From NCBI GenBank assembly GCA_043228905.1, contig JBHGNT010000022.1:5580001-5644000 (forward strand): DNA of 64,000 bases, read 5' to 3'. The notes below the pieces were generated by a model, which saw only the letters and a program-made list of their open reading frames with translations, was not told the origin of the DNA and did no database searches. Made by a program: the position numbers and the translations under genes. The stretch comes from Azolla caroliniana (Eukaryota > Plantae > Polypodiophyta). Positions 11,525 to 25,179 of this stretch are shown here, in pieces (position 1 is the stretch's first letter; every line of letters begins with the position of its first letter).

Positions 11525-13687
11525 TGTGTTACCGGCCAGCAAAGAAGGCTTAAGGAGGTGCAAACTAGAGTGTGAAAGGAATAGTTATTCAGGAACTGTT
11601 GTAATTAGTAGTTTTAATATATACATATTATTATATAAGAAGATGTGGACGGACGGACCGGAATCGGTATTCCGATCCGGATCCGGAACGATTCCGTAAA
11701 GGTGCCGGTTGGCACCGTTTTGTATTTCGCACCGGAGACCTATATAAAGGCCCGGTTACAATGTAATCAGGAGCGGATAATTAATAAAGTTTATTGTCTT
11801 AATCCTGAAGTGTTGATTACCATTCTGTAATTATTGTCATATCTTACGCGTGTTAATTATGGATGGCGAAGTAATCGATTAAGGTCTAATTAAGCGTTGT
11901 GTTGTAAGTCATTCTGTCGTACCACCCTCTAGTGACGTGTTTTAAGTGGACACCCTCTGTTAGGTTGTTGTTCGGCCCTAGCAATAACACTGGTAATCAA
12001 ACTCATCATTGCCGTATCCAAGGAATATGCATGGCCGGGAATTCAGATCTAGCTTTGCTCTCTTGTCCTTCGCCACATGCACGTATGCGAGACACCCGAA
12101 CACCTTCAGATGCCAGTAAGATACATCTTTGCCGGTCCATACTTTCTGAGGTGAGTGTCCTCCCAAGGGTACTAAGGGTGCTCTGTTCATCACGTAGGTC
12201 GCCGTCGTCAACGCCTCAGCCCAAAACTTCTTGAGTAACTTGGCATGTGCGAGCATGCTCCGGACTCTCTCCATTATGGTTCGGTTCATACTTTCGGCCA
12301 ACCCGTTTAATTCTGGCTTCTTTGGCACGGTAAATTCAAGCCGTATTCCCTTCAACCGACAGTACTCCCTGAACTGCCCCCAGTATTGTCGGGAGTTCTT
12401 CTAGAAGTGTCCCGGCTTCCCGCAATAGAAGCACGTGGGCCTCCCCCTTGACTTCGACTTCGTCCCTGATTTGTCCTGGTTTTGGGGACTCCGATACCAG
12501 CCTCTTCCCCGGTTGTGGTTATCTTCCGTGACCAAGGACTTCGAATCGGTTCCACACTCCCGCTCCTTCAGGTGAGCTTCTTCATCTAGCAAGCTTGATT
12601 TTACCCTTGCTATGGACAACTGTGTTCCTTTTGGCCTGGTGTTGCCCAATGTGACAACTAGCGTCTCCCAACTATCCGGGAAGGAACCGAGCAGGAGTAA
12701 TGTGAGTACCTCATCGGCAAGAGGTATTTCCAATGAGGTTGCTTGGTGTATCAACCCCTGGAAGGCATTCATGTGCTCTGCCATACTGGAGCCGTCCTAA
12801 TACTGGAGCCTCACTAGCTTCCGGAATATCGAAACTCGATTAACGACATTCTTGTTCTGGAACATGATGCCAATCTTCTCCCAGAGTTCATGAGCCTTGC
12901 TCTCTTCATTGAAGTTGTTGTACATGATCATGTCAATGAAGCACCGGATGTATGTCATCGTCTTCATGTGCATCACCTCCCATATAGTGGTGTTGATCTT
13001 ATCTGGTCTGTTGTCCCCGAACTGAACCAACAACCAAATGTCTTTCACCACCATCATATCCCTCATCTTCGACTTCCACACTGAGTAGTTGGAGCTGGTT
13101 AGCTTGAACATGCCGCCGAACGATTCTTCCATTTCCTGTTTGTTCGCTCTGATACCAGTTTGTTGAGAATAGCGTGGAATATTCCGCGGCCACAACCGAG
13201 TCTTGAACACTTCACTTGGAATGAAACATAGAAATGGGAAATGGAGAGTACACAAGGAAATACATAGGATGTTTATGTGGAAAACGCTGAATGGGAAAAA
13301 ACCACGGGAGCCCACAAACTCCAACTATCACTATATGAGAATGGTACACTCAGAGGCTCAGAGGCAATGATCTAGAGGTCTATATCTACGTCAACCGGCG
13401 GTTACGGCTAGGTATTTCTTTGTATCTCACACACACACACACAGTCTCTCTCTGTCGCTCTCTATACAATAGTTACAACAATATGACAACAACCTTATAA
13501 AGTGATTTCCCTAAGTCATATTTATACTTATATGACCTTAGGGCTATTTATAAATATAGCCTCAATAGGCTTAAAACATATTTATAGATATGTCTTCTCT
13601 TCCGGTTCTCACTGGCTCTCTTTCGGTTCTCACCGGGTCCTCTTTATTTATCACCGGATTCCATCCGGAGAGACCGATTTCCCAACA

Positions 13688-14845
13688 CAAGGGAGAAGAA
13701 GAGTGCCGACGTGATTTACGCAGTAGCCATGAGGAACGACATCGAGTCGAAGATGGCTATGGACAAGTTCATGGCTGATGGTCGTGTCGAGACTTTCCCA
13801 ACACTTGATCTAGAGACTTGGGAAATTGCGTCCGAGAGCCGACATGAGACCGAAGAGATGGAAATTGGCGGGGAAGCAAAGATTGAAGCCAATGCGAATA
13901 ACAACGTTGAGGGAATGATGTCTATGGATGAGTCAACGGTGACCGATGGTGTCGAGGTTCTCCCCACAATTGTTCCTGAGACTTCGGCAGTTGTGCCCGA
14001 GTGTCAACGTGAGACCAGAGAGACAGAAGGTGGCAACAGGAAATCGAAGGACCGAAACAGAGATGAGGAGGATGGCCACATACGAAGGGATCCCTACACA
14101 CCGGTTCCAGAGACTTCGGCAACTGTGCCCGAGAGCCAACACATACGGAGGAACGGTGGCCAACAAGGAGGCCAAAATCAAAGCTCCAATAGAGTTCAAT
14201 GAAGAGCCAGAGAACGACAAGAAAGGAAGAACCGGAATACAATCTAGATGGAAGATGATGCGGTTGGTATTCCGACCCAAATGAAAGCCAACCCGGATGG
14301 GAGCTGATCAACCGAGCCCAACCCAACCGAAACCCGGACAGAAGTCGATCGTCTGAGTCCGATTCGGCCGAATGCAAATCCCGACGAAGGCCGACCAAGC
14401 CAAATGCTGATTGGTCGAGACCGATCCACACAACAGTGGAGCCGGCCTAGCCGGAGGTTGAAGCAGACGAGCTGCGACACCCGGTCGAGGTTGGTCAGCG
14501 TGAGGAAAGGCAAGCATAAGACGAGAAATGATGATCGGAGGAATTTTGATGACCAAGGAGATGATCGGGACGAAGGTGGCACATGTACGATGCATGAAGG
14601 GTTACGCTCAAGAGGAGGAAAAGGGGCTATGACAAGTGGTCATGACAATGCAAAGGGTGAGCCAATTATATGGTGGATCGGATGGCAATGGCGGTTTGGG
14701 TAGAAACAAGAGACATGTTTGAAGTAGAGGAAAAAAAGACGGTGCGGACAAGGCGCAAGAAAGGAGAAAATCAAAGACCAACCACCTTCTACCCCGTCAC
14801 ATCACTCTTTTCTTCTTGGCACATACCGGTTTGGTGGGGGTAAAT
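13688..14845 (+). mobile_element. Internal remnant of a family-D (gag-only) element
   Basis: Shares DDIESKxAMD/ETxAV repeats, WWIGW motif and ggcacataccgg..tttggtggggg end with 28671-29696. Confidence 0.75.
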
Positions 14846-16683
14846 TTGGAGATCATCATCATCAATAATAATATAGTACTCTTCTTATTCTTCTTCTTAA
14901 CCCTAAACCCTTCTTCTCAAGTATAAAAATCTTCGATCTTCTCAAGTGTTACATTAGTTTCCTCGACCCCTACATACACATTGTCATCTTTTTGACAATT
15001 TTGCGAACGTCCTCCCTAGTTCGAGACCGTCATCCGCCCCCACCAAACTGCATGTCCTCCGGTACGTGCCAAGAAGAGACTGTGAGATTTCGGCTATGGT
15101 GATCAATTAGATTCCTCCATGTCCTCGTTCACATAACTCAAGTGCGTAGGTTCCGTCCTACTTTCTTCGTCGCTGAGGTGATCGAGATCAAGATCCTCAT
15201 CTTGTATTTTCTTGAAAATCTTTACACTTTTTTCTGCAATGGGTATGGCCAACCTTCATCCGTCTAGCTCCGCAAGGTGCTATGTGGCATTGTCATTGGC
15301 ACTTGTCACCACATACGGTCCGAACCATCTTCTTGCAAACTTTCTTTTTGTCCTGTGTTGATTGTCAAGGCTACTGTCGTAGACCAATACCCAATCTCCT
15401 TCTTCGATCTTCTTTGGACGCAGTCGATGTGTCTTGTCGAACCGAATTTTGTTCTTCACTCTGGCTGCCTCCATCTTTCGCACTTTTTCTAAATCTTCAG
15501 GCCTTCTTTCAAGCTGCCTTATCTGTGCCACTCATAATTCTTCTCGGCTCATCTCGTTCTCCCATGGTATTGCTACCCATGAGGCGATCGTCATTTCGAT
15601 GGGCATTATCGGCTTCTGTCCATACATAAGCTCTATTGGCATATACCCTGTCACTGAACTGTGTTAGTTTTGTCGGCCCACAAGGCATAGGGCAATAGTC
15701 GTGGCTAGTTCCCGATTTGACCGTTGCATGCTCATATGATGGCTTTGACGATTGCTCGATGCCCTCACTCGATCTTCCCATTCGCTTCTGGATTGTCTTA
15801 TTTGCCAAGGCCCGTCCTTCCACTTGATTTGTCAAGTCATCTCTTGCCAGTACTAAGTACTTCATTTGTCCCACTCCCATGGCCATCAACACTAGATCCA
15901 CCATCCATTTGAAGTGTATGGTGAGAGGGTATGTTGGCCGTAATTCATCACGATGACGTATGTTTGAATGTACATGGAAAGTTTGGCATGTGGACACGAA
16001 ATGGAGTACATCTTTGTACATGCTTGGCCACAAGTACTTCTCCTTGAACTTTTTGAACGTCGCCCATGTTCCTCTATGACCTACCCAAGGACTCTCGTGG
16101 AATTCAGTCATTAGCATCACTTTGTCTTCTTTCTTTACCACCACTCAACGTGACATTCCTGTCCTTCTCTTTGGATGTCGCCAGAGAAATCCTCCCTTCA
16201 GGAGCTATTGGTAAGCTTTCTTCCGGATTCGTAGAGCCTCCTCCTTCATCAACGAAGCGTCCGTCATCATTGTTCTTAAGAATCTGTTGATCAGTAACCA
16301 CTCTCCTTTTTACTCGTTCTCGTTGATGGCATGGAGAGTTAGCGTGCTCTTGTCTTCCACCGATAGTTGGACCATCTTGAAGAAGTCGAGGGCGGCGTTT
16401 TCATCTTCTGAAACCATGTCACTTTCATTCTCAAATCTTGCCCTCGGCAACATGTCAACCATGGCGTTCTTCTTTCCTGCAATGTGGCGGATCTCTGGGT
16501 TTAAAGACATGATATAGGTGATCCACCTTAGCATAGCTAGATCTGGTGTCGTACATTCGGAGATCATCCTGAGGATTGGGAGACAATCTGTCTCAATTAT
16601 CACTTCGGACCCGATCAAGTAGTCTTATCCATCTTCACTACACACACAATACCCCAAAGTTCCCGTTTGACTTGGGTGTATCC
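14846..16683 (-). mobile_element. Truncated gypsy element (RNase H-integrase, PPT, start of 3' LTR); putative autonomous relative of family D
   Basis: RH IETDCLPI..RHIAGKKN, INT HHCC and core, RRWFGPY. Pre-LTR motif ggcacgtaccggagga..tttggtgggggcgga, then TG at 15032 (minus). Confidence 0.75.
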
Positions 16684-19567
16684 TTGTTGTTCTTCACTGA
16701 GAACCTTTGCTCCAAACTGAATGTCATACCACTCATTATCTTCTACTTCTTAGTGAAGAGAATGCGCATATTGTCGCTAGAACCTAGAAGTTCTTTTAGA
16801 CGACTCACATGAAAGACTGGATGCATTCCAACACTGTCGGGAAGAGCGAGATGTTAGGCTGATGACCCAATGCGTTTGAGGACTGTAAATGGTCTACAAA
16901 ACCGTGGGGCTAACTTAGCGCACTGACCCCTAGACAATGTCTTAGAATTGTGAGGTACACATAAAAATACCTTCTATCTAGGGTTGAATACACGAGGTTG
17001 CCTATGATGATCGGCATAAAAACACGCTCTATCTTGAGCTGTTTTTATATTATCTCGTGCAATATACAACATATCTTGCATATCCCAAAATTTTTTTTGC
17101 GTACTTCGCAACTCATCATAATGTATATTAACATCAATCGGGGCTCATGACTGAAAACCATACATCAACATAAAAGGACTATATCCTGTCAACGTATGCT
17201 CTTCAACGTAGTTTCTAACTTCTTAAAGACTTGCGTCCAGAAGTCACTAGTAAATTTTGGATCTCGATCACTCACGATATCCATCGGTAACCCATAAAAA
17301 CGAAATAACTCGTCAACGAATTGGTAAGCCAATTCAGGAGTTGTTATCGTGGTTTTAGTAGCAATAAATCTGGCCATTTTAGTTAGTCGATCAACCACAA
17401 CCCATATGGTATCATGGGCTTTTTGGGTGCGAGGAAGGCTAACAATAAAATCCATGGATATACTTTCCCACTTATTGTTGGGAATGTCCAAGGGATGTAA
17501 AAGTCCTGTGGCTTTAAGTCGCTCGGCTTTGTTAACCTGACATTGGTGATATTTAGTCACATAGTTATGTATGTCAGGACGCATCTTAGGCCAATCAAAT
17601 TGAGTGGAGATGAGAACGAGTGTACAATGTATTCCAGGGTGCCCTGCTGAGGGTGCATCATGGCATTAAAAAAGAATCCTCTTTTTGACCTCGGGTAAAT
17701 CTGGAACACTAACCTTCCCATTACGGTACAATAGACCATTAGCAATGTGGAAGTATTCCTTCGAGGATGTGGTGGTGTTTGTTCCAGACTCAACTCTTGT
17801 GCAGTATTTTGCAAAATAACTATCATCAGGATACTTTCCTCGAAGGTGATCATAAAGATCTGATGTTATGTCAGTGAAGCTAAGCATGTTAAGTTCACAG
17901 ATGCGACTTAGTGCATTAGCGACAGTATTCATAGAACCTTTATGATATCGTATGGAAAAATCAAAGTCTTGGATGAGATTAGCCCATCGTGCCTGACGAC
18001 CTTTCAGGTCTTGTTGGTCACAAAAATATTTCAAGGACTCGTGGTTCGTAGTTACCACAAAGCCATTTCCATAAAGATAATGGTGCCATGTTTTGAGCAC
18101 ATGTATAACTGCAAATAATTCCTTTTCTTGAACGGTATACCGACATTGAGCTGAATCAATTTTCTTACTCTCGAATGTTATTGGTTTACCATATTGATAT
18201 AAGGCAACACCTATAGCATAATCGCTTGCATCGGTTTCAACCTCAAAAGGTTTTGAAGGATCGGGTAAAAGAAGTGAAGGAGCCTTGCAAACCAGGTCCT
18301 TGAGTTCCTTAAAGGCGAGGTCTAGTGTAGCATTCCAGACAATAAGTTTTGTAGACTTACACATTTGACCTTTTAGAAGATCAGTAAATGGCAACGTCAA
18401 TTGGGAGTAATTACGAAGGGATTTTCACAAAAACCAGACAAAACCAAGGAATGATCGAACTTCTCGAATATTCCGAAGAGTGGGCCAAAGCTTGATTTTC
18501 TCGACGCGAGAAGGATCAATTTCAACTCCTCGTTCGGTTATGAGATGTCTAAGATAAGTAATTGATTTCTTGAAGAACTCACATTTTGAGATCTTTGCGT
18601 AAAATTGTTTGTCACGCAATGTTTGTAAAACAAAGCGGACATGTTTAACATGTTCTTGTAATGTACACGACTATAAAAATATCATCCAAGAAAATAACAA
18701 CAAATTTTCCAAGTTGTTCTCGTAAAATGTCATTCATTTCTTGTTGAAATGTAGCCGGAGCATTGGTCAAACCAAAAGGCATAACCAAAAACTCATAATG
18801 GCCATAGCGCGTACGAAATGCCGTTTTAGGAACATCGTCCTCAGTTATACGAATTTGACGGTAGCCAATACGGAGATCAAGTTTCGTAAAATACCGGGCT
18901 CCTTGGAGACGGTCAATTAGATCGTCAGCCCGGGGCAATGGATACGAATTCTTGATTGTCACTTTATTCAAGCGTCGGTAATTAATGCACATACGCCATG
19001 TGCCCTCTTTCTTTTTAACCAAGAGAATTGGTGCACCCCATGGAGATTTACTATAACGTATATAACCCATTCGTAAATAGTCCTTGAGTTGCTTAGATAC
19101 CTCATCCTGTTTGGATCGACTTAAGCAATAAGGAGGTATACTTATTGGTGCAACGCCAGGTACACTATCTATACGATGGTCTATATTACGTTTAGGAGGT
19201 AACCCATCTGGTAGTTCCATCGGAAAACCATCACGAAAATCATTTAAGATTTCATCAAGTTGTTGTTGTTCAAAATATGTTCATTGAACCGAGACATTAT
19301 CGATATTGTAAACGTGAATGTCCGGATCAAGTACACAATAAAATAGAGTAGAACAAGACAACTCGGATATTGATGGACACGAGGAAACAATCCAAAGGGA
19401 TTGTTTTTTTACACATTGAATAAAATGAGTACAATCGTTCAGTACAAAAGTTATTGAATGATGAACCCAATCAATAGATAAAGAAGATTTTTTATTATAA
19501 AACCAGGGATAACCCAGTATTACATCGGTGGTACAAAGATTCATTACATGGAAGTCTACTTCCTCTA

Positions 19568-22500
19568 TGAGAGGAGTAGCGTGCGGAAGCAAGTATAAAG
19601 ACAGAACAGAAGGGAGAACACTCAGGTTTAACGGAGAGCTTGAGCGTACACAGTATACACGGGAGAGACCGAGAGAGTTTTTGGAGAAGACACCAAAAGG
19701 AGAATTAAATTATGAAAGACAAAAACTATACATATATGTGTTCAATGAACACTTTGTACAAGCCCTAGAAGGACTGACTGGAGTACTGACAGTACTTCAA
19801 TGCTCATTAAGAGCTATTACACTAACTCCCAAATATATTCCTCACGGAATATCTTTCCTAACAGCCTAACCGATCGGTCCCAGCCGATCCGGCCGATGTT
19901 GAGCTTGTCTCTCAACACTCCCCCTCAAGCTCAACTTGAGGCTCTTCGGGATCTTCACAGCTCCGGTTCCTCCTGGCTTCACTCCTCGACCTGTTCGACT
20001 CTGCGCGCTTAGACCCTTACGGTCGGCTTGTCTGCTCATGTGACCCTTATCAGCTCTTCTGTCGTTGCGGTGTCGACACTTCTTCTGCTGCCTTTTCTTT
20101 CGCTTGGGCCTCGGTTGATTCAACGTGTCTGAATCAAACATCCGAACCGACTCGGCTACTTCCGATCGGTTTTCGCTCTCGTCTGAGTTGGCTGTCTCCA
20201 ACTCGTCTTCGGTCTTCTCGCCCTTGATTGCGTCATCTCCCCCATGCGTGGTTGGCTTCGGCTCTCTCCTTCGGCTGCTCCCCTTTTGTCCGCTTTCGGA
20301 CTTTTCCGTGGATGCGCCCTCGGCTTCTTCAACTGATCCGAACTCGAACTCGACAACCGAGTCAGCCGACTCGGACTCGGTGTCGCGGTCTCCGCTCCTT
20401 TCCTGCTGCCTTGCTTGGTCGATCGGGACTGTTCTCCCCCTCAAGTTTGGCACGTCGAGGTGACGCATCCCGAGCGCACCTGAGAATTGCCGCAACTTGT
20501 CCAGACCAAGAGGCTTGGTGAAGATGTCGGCAGTTTGCCGATCCGTCGGCACGTACTGAAGTTCGACTTCACCGGAAAGGACACGCTCACAGACGAAATG
20601 GTAGTGCACCTCAATGTGCTTGGTCCGTGCGTGGAAAACGGGGTTCTTCGCGAGCTGGATGCTGCTGAGGTTGTCGCAGTAGATCGTCGTCGGATCTGAC
20701 ACCTCCACCTACAGGTCCTTAAGTAGCCGCTTCAACCATATGGCTTCGCATGTTGTGACAGCCGCTCCTCGGTACTTAGCTTCGGTGCTCGACAATGCAA
20801 CTATCGGCTGCTTCTTACTGCTCCACGTGATCGCGTCACTCCCGAGGGAGAACGCGTATCCGGACGTGGATCGACGATCGGCGGTGTTGCCAACCCAATC
20901 AGCATCGGTGTAGCCGACTAACCGCGCGGCTGCACCGGTCCGATAGAGCAGTCTGTGGTCCTTAGTGCCACTTACGTACCGCAGTACGCGTTGCGCACAC
21001 CGATGGTGCTCCTCGGTAGGTCGCGCCATGAACTAATTGATCACTCCGACCAGATAACTGAGGTCGGGTCGGGTGATGGTCAAGTATATGAGGCTTCCGA
21101 CAATTTGTCGGAACCTCGTCGGGTCGCATACCTTTCCCGTATCGGGACGAAGCTTGACGGTTCTGTCCAGAGGAGTCGAGACGGACTTGCAGTCGGCCAT
21201 CCCGAATTTGAAGAGCATACTCAGCACGTAATGACGTTGGCTGATCAATATGCCTTCAGGGGTACGGATCACTTTGATCCTGAGGAAGTAATGAAGGTCC
21301 CCCAGATCCTTCATGTCGAACGATGCCGCAAGTTGGAGCTTCACGCGGTCGATTTCACCTAGGTCGGCGCCGGTGATGACCAAGTCATCACCATATAGTA
21401 AAATACTAACCGGTCCGAGTCAACCTTTTCGGATGAACAGGGAAGAGTTTGATTTTGACGTGATGAAGCCCATCCAACGCAGTTGTTGCGTGATCTTCGC
21501 GTTCCAGGCACGCGGGGCTTGCTTCAGTCCGTAAAGGGACTTCTTAAGTCGGCAAACTGCCGAGGAGTTCGTTCCGGAGCGAAAGCCGGGGGGCTGTACC
21601 ATGTACACTTGTTCCTCAAGGTCACCTTGCAGGAACACATTCTTTAAATCCATTTGATGTAGGTGCCACCCCTTGGCCGCGGCTACTACGAGCAAAACAC
21701 GGACGGTCGTCATTTTCGCGACCGGCGCAAACGTCTCATCGTAGTCGATGCCGTGTTGCTGCGCGTAGCCCTTTGCCACTAGCCGAGCCTTGCACCAGTT
21801 GACCGAGCCATCGGTGTTGTACTTGACTTTGTACACCCACCTACACCCGATCGGTTTTATCCCTCTTGGTGCGTCAACGAGGTCCCAGGTTTCGTTCTCC
21901 GCCAATGCGTGCATCTCTTCCTCTATCGTGGCACGCCAGTTCGCGTCTGTAGCTGCTTCTGCGTAGCTCTCCAGCTCACGCACTTCTGCTACACGGGTCA
22001 TGTACGCATAATGATGCGCCATGAACTTGTTGTATCCGAACCTCAAAACAGGATTCTTCTGGCGGGTAGATCGGCGTAACCTCGCATTAGCCGATGTCAA
22101 GGCCTTCTCGGTCGACGCGGACTTTACCTTTAAAGACCCGTCACCGGTTCCCTCGGAGTCGGACTCACGTCGGTCTGACTCGTTCTTATCCGTGCCGGAA
22201 TCTGACACCTTTTTCTTCCCTTTCTCTTTGCGCGTAAGCCGTCTCCTCGGCTTCCTACGTGGGGAATGCACGGCCGAGTTTCCACTACTCGCCGGCTCTT
22301 CATCAGACTAGTCGTACCGACACAGTCGTCCAATCGGTTCACTTAACCGGAGTGAAATCGGACTCTCTTCGCGGGTCTCGATTTTGGGCTCATCTGGAGG
22401 CATCTCGGCCTCACTGACCTCACCGTCAGAGCTCGGATTGGAGTCAAGGTTCGTAGTCAGGGGCAAGTACCAAGACGCGGACTCGTCAAACACAACGTCG

Positions 22501-25179
22501 CAGCTCACACGAGCTTGTTTGGAGCGAGGGTTATAGCACTTATAACCCTTCTGCTCATCTGAGTAACCGACCAAGATGCATTTCTCGGCCTTTGCGTCCA
22601 ACTTCCTCCTTTTCTCCTTCGGTACATGCACATACGCAATGCTACCGAACACCCTCAAGTGTCGTAAGTTCGGCTTCGTTCCAAAATATAGCTCGTGCGC
22701 CGACAGTTTGTCTCCGATCCGGTTCTGGATGTATACCGCGGTCCTTACCGCCTCGGCCCAATAGAACTTGGGCAAGCTCTTCTCCTCCAGCATTGCCCGT
22801 GCCGCTTCCTCAACTGACCGATTCTTTCTCTCGGCCACGCCGTTCTGCTCTGGCGTGTATCTAAAACTGAATTCGCGCCGAATTCCCATTTGTTGTAGAT
22901 AACCGTTGAATTGACCGGAGAAGTACTCTTTCCCGCCATCCGACCGCAGGCACTTGATCTTTCGTCCCGTGTCCGTTTCCACGAACCCTTTGAGGTCCCG
23001 AAAGCAGTCGAAGACTTCGCTCTTCCTCTCAATGAGGTAGATCCACGTGTGCCGCGTATGGTAGTCGATGAAGGAGATGAAATATCGGCTCCCGCCAAGA
23101 CTAACGTTTTGTGCCGGCCCCCATACATCGGAGTGTATAAGGTCGAGCTTGTTCCGGCTCCGGTTTCGCTCGTTGGGGAAAGGAAGTCGGTGTTGCTTCC
23201 CGAGCTGACAAGCTTCACAAATTTGTGCCTTTCGGCCACTAATTTTGGGCAATCCGAACACTACCTGTTTCGATTGCAGATCTTGAAGCCGCTGATAGTT
23301 GACGTGGCCTATCCGCTTGTGCCACAAGTTGATGTTCGACTCAGCTTTTTGTCCCTTTGCGAACATTGCGGTGCCGCCGTCAGTGGAGTCGAGGATGAAC
23401 ATCCTCCCGTCTCTGCGCCCTTGCGCAATCACACGGCCTTCTTCCTCAATGAAGCACCCGAGGTGTGTAAACCGAACCTCAATCCCTTCATCAACGATCT
23501 GTCCGACCAAGACCAAGTTTATCGTGATTGTCGGAACGTGCAACACGTTCATGAGTTTCCCTTTCTGCCCGACATGGCTAAGGGGAACTTCTCCGACATT
23601 TGCGATAGGATGCGGAGTGTCGTCTCTTGTTGCGACTACTCCAGGTTGTATCAGTTTTTCAAGGTACGAGAACTACTCCTTATGGCTCGTCATGTGGTTT
23701 GACGCGCCGGAGTCTACGTACCACACCTCGTCCGATCTCGGGGTGCTCTATTTCATTGAGTTTGCTTCGTGTCTCGACACGAAGGCAGACCCTTCTTCGG
23801 CTCTCCCGGAGTCTTCGGCGTAGTGCGATCGCTGCCAATTTCCCTTGTCGGTATGTCTGGAGCCGTTTCCGGAACCGATTCTCTCCGAATCGGCGCGCTT
23901 CTTCCAGCACTCACTTTCCCTCTGGCCTTTCTTGCCACAGTACCCGCACTCTGCGATGGCCTTCCCTTGCCGGTTCTCATCGCTTCGACTCCCCCTGTTT
24001 CTGGAGGGTCCAGAGTTGCTATCGGCATCACTTCGGTGCCTTCTTCCTTGATCTCGTCGGCCGCCTCCATTGCGCACCGACTCGTCTCGTCCTCCACGTC
24101 CACGAGGCCTATCTCCCTCCGTGTACAACATCTTGCTGTCGGTGTGCGTGCTCGTCGACGCACCCACGTGGTTCTCCTCTACCAAGAGCATCGACTGTAA
24201 GTCGAAAAAGGACGACGTATTCTCCCGGGTACACACAGCCGTTCGGAACACTCCGAACTTCGACGCCAAACCTCCGAGACAGATCTGGACCATCTCGCTC
24301 TCCTCGATGTTCACCTCTATGGAGGCGAGGGAGTCGCAGATATCCTTGATCTTCGAGGTATAGTCCGCCATCGACAAGTCGCGTTGTCGTAGGTTGCTCA
24401 ACTCCTGTTGAAGCTGAAGCTTCCTGGCTGTGGTGCTCGCGGTGAAAATCTTCTTCAGATTTTCCCACGCACCCTCTGGCGTCTTTGCATCCCGAACATA
24501 GCTCAATAGTTGTTCGCCCACACACGACGCGAAGCAGTACAATACCTTGCTCGCCAATTGCTCCCACGACGGGAAGTCTCTGTGTGTCGATTCGGGTGCC
24601 GCGTCATGAGCTCCTTCGACATAACTCCAGTAGCCGTGCCCGAGCAGGTACTGGTGCATCTTGTAGGACCAAGACGCGTAGTTGGTTCTGTCGAGCTTCT
24701 CTATTGGAAGCGAGCTCGCCATGCCTCTATCCATCATTCTTCTTGTTCTTCTTCGTCAAGCTGTGTCGGCTGCAGAGAGGTTCTCAACCCTCTCGCTCTG
24801 ATACCATGAGAAGAGTAGCGTGCGGCAAGTATAAAGACAGAATAGAAGGGAGAACACTCAGGTTTAATGGAGAGCTTGAGCTTACACAGTATACGCGGGA
24901 GAGACGGAGAGAGTTTTTGGAGAAGACACCAAAAGGAGAATTAAATTATGAAAGACAAAAAACTATACATATATGTGTTCAATGAACACTTTGTACAAGC
25001 CCTAGAAGGACTGACTGGAGTACTGACAGTACTTCAATGCTCATTAAGAGCTCCTACACTAACTCCCAAATATATTCCTCACGGAATATCTTTCCTAATG
25101 GCCTAACCGATCGGTCCCAGCCGATCCGGTCCTCGGCTTCTTCAGCCGATCCGGCCGATGTTAAGCTTATCTCTCAACA
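19568..25179 (-). mobile_element. Near full-length Ty1/copia family-2 element F (LTRs 24807-25179 and 19568-19917)
   Basis: Perfect TSD ctcta/ctcta, PBS TGGTATCAGAGC (24795-24806), PPT 19918-19931, gag-PR-INT-RT-RH order. Confidence 0.96.
19866..24737 (-). pseudogene. Copia gag-pol polyprotein of element F with a few in-frame stops
   Basis: Collinear ORFs 23748-24737 (gag), 22308-23552 (INT), 21420-22271 and 21033-21383 (RT), 20709-21029 and 19866-20708 (RH: YTDADW, HARTKHIEVHYHF). Confidence 0.93.

Larger units (their letters stand above)
7848..11989 (+). mobile_element. Non-autonomous non-chromovirus gypsy element C (LTRs 7848-8310 and 11527-11989) retaining an extra ORF
   Basis: TGTTACC..AATAACA LTR pair, TSD ccggt/ctggt, PBS TGGCGACCAC at 8318. 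A protease-end remnant (8329-8820) is homologous to 44830-45330; RT, RH and INT are absent. Confidence 0.92.
2972..13687 (-). mobile_element. Degenerate Ty1/copia family-1 element H1 (host of A, B and C); 5' LTR 13161-13687
   Basis: PBS TGGTATCAGAGC (13146-13157, minus). Gag FKLTSSNYSVWK and CCHC (12401-13130), integrase (11990-12355), RT QLDVK..LYVDDM (6830-7159), RNase H start GAVSWQSRLQK (~2975-3040). Confidence 0.9.

Noticed and set aside
7848-11989. Reading element C on the minus strand, so that TGGCACGCCCGTGGGAC (reverse of 11508-11524) is an ordinary PBS
   Set aside because: The protease remnant, extra ORF and LTR TATA box are all on +. A separate PBS follows the left LTR on +, and there is no minus-strand PPT there.
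22911-24985. Long + strand ORFs (e.g. 22911-23702, 23627-24349)
   Set aside because: Antisense shadows of GC-rich copia gag-pol with no independent motifs.
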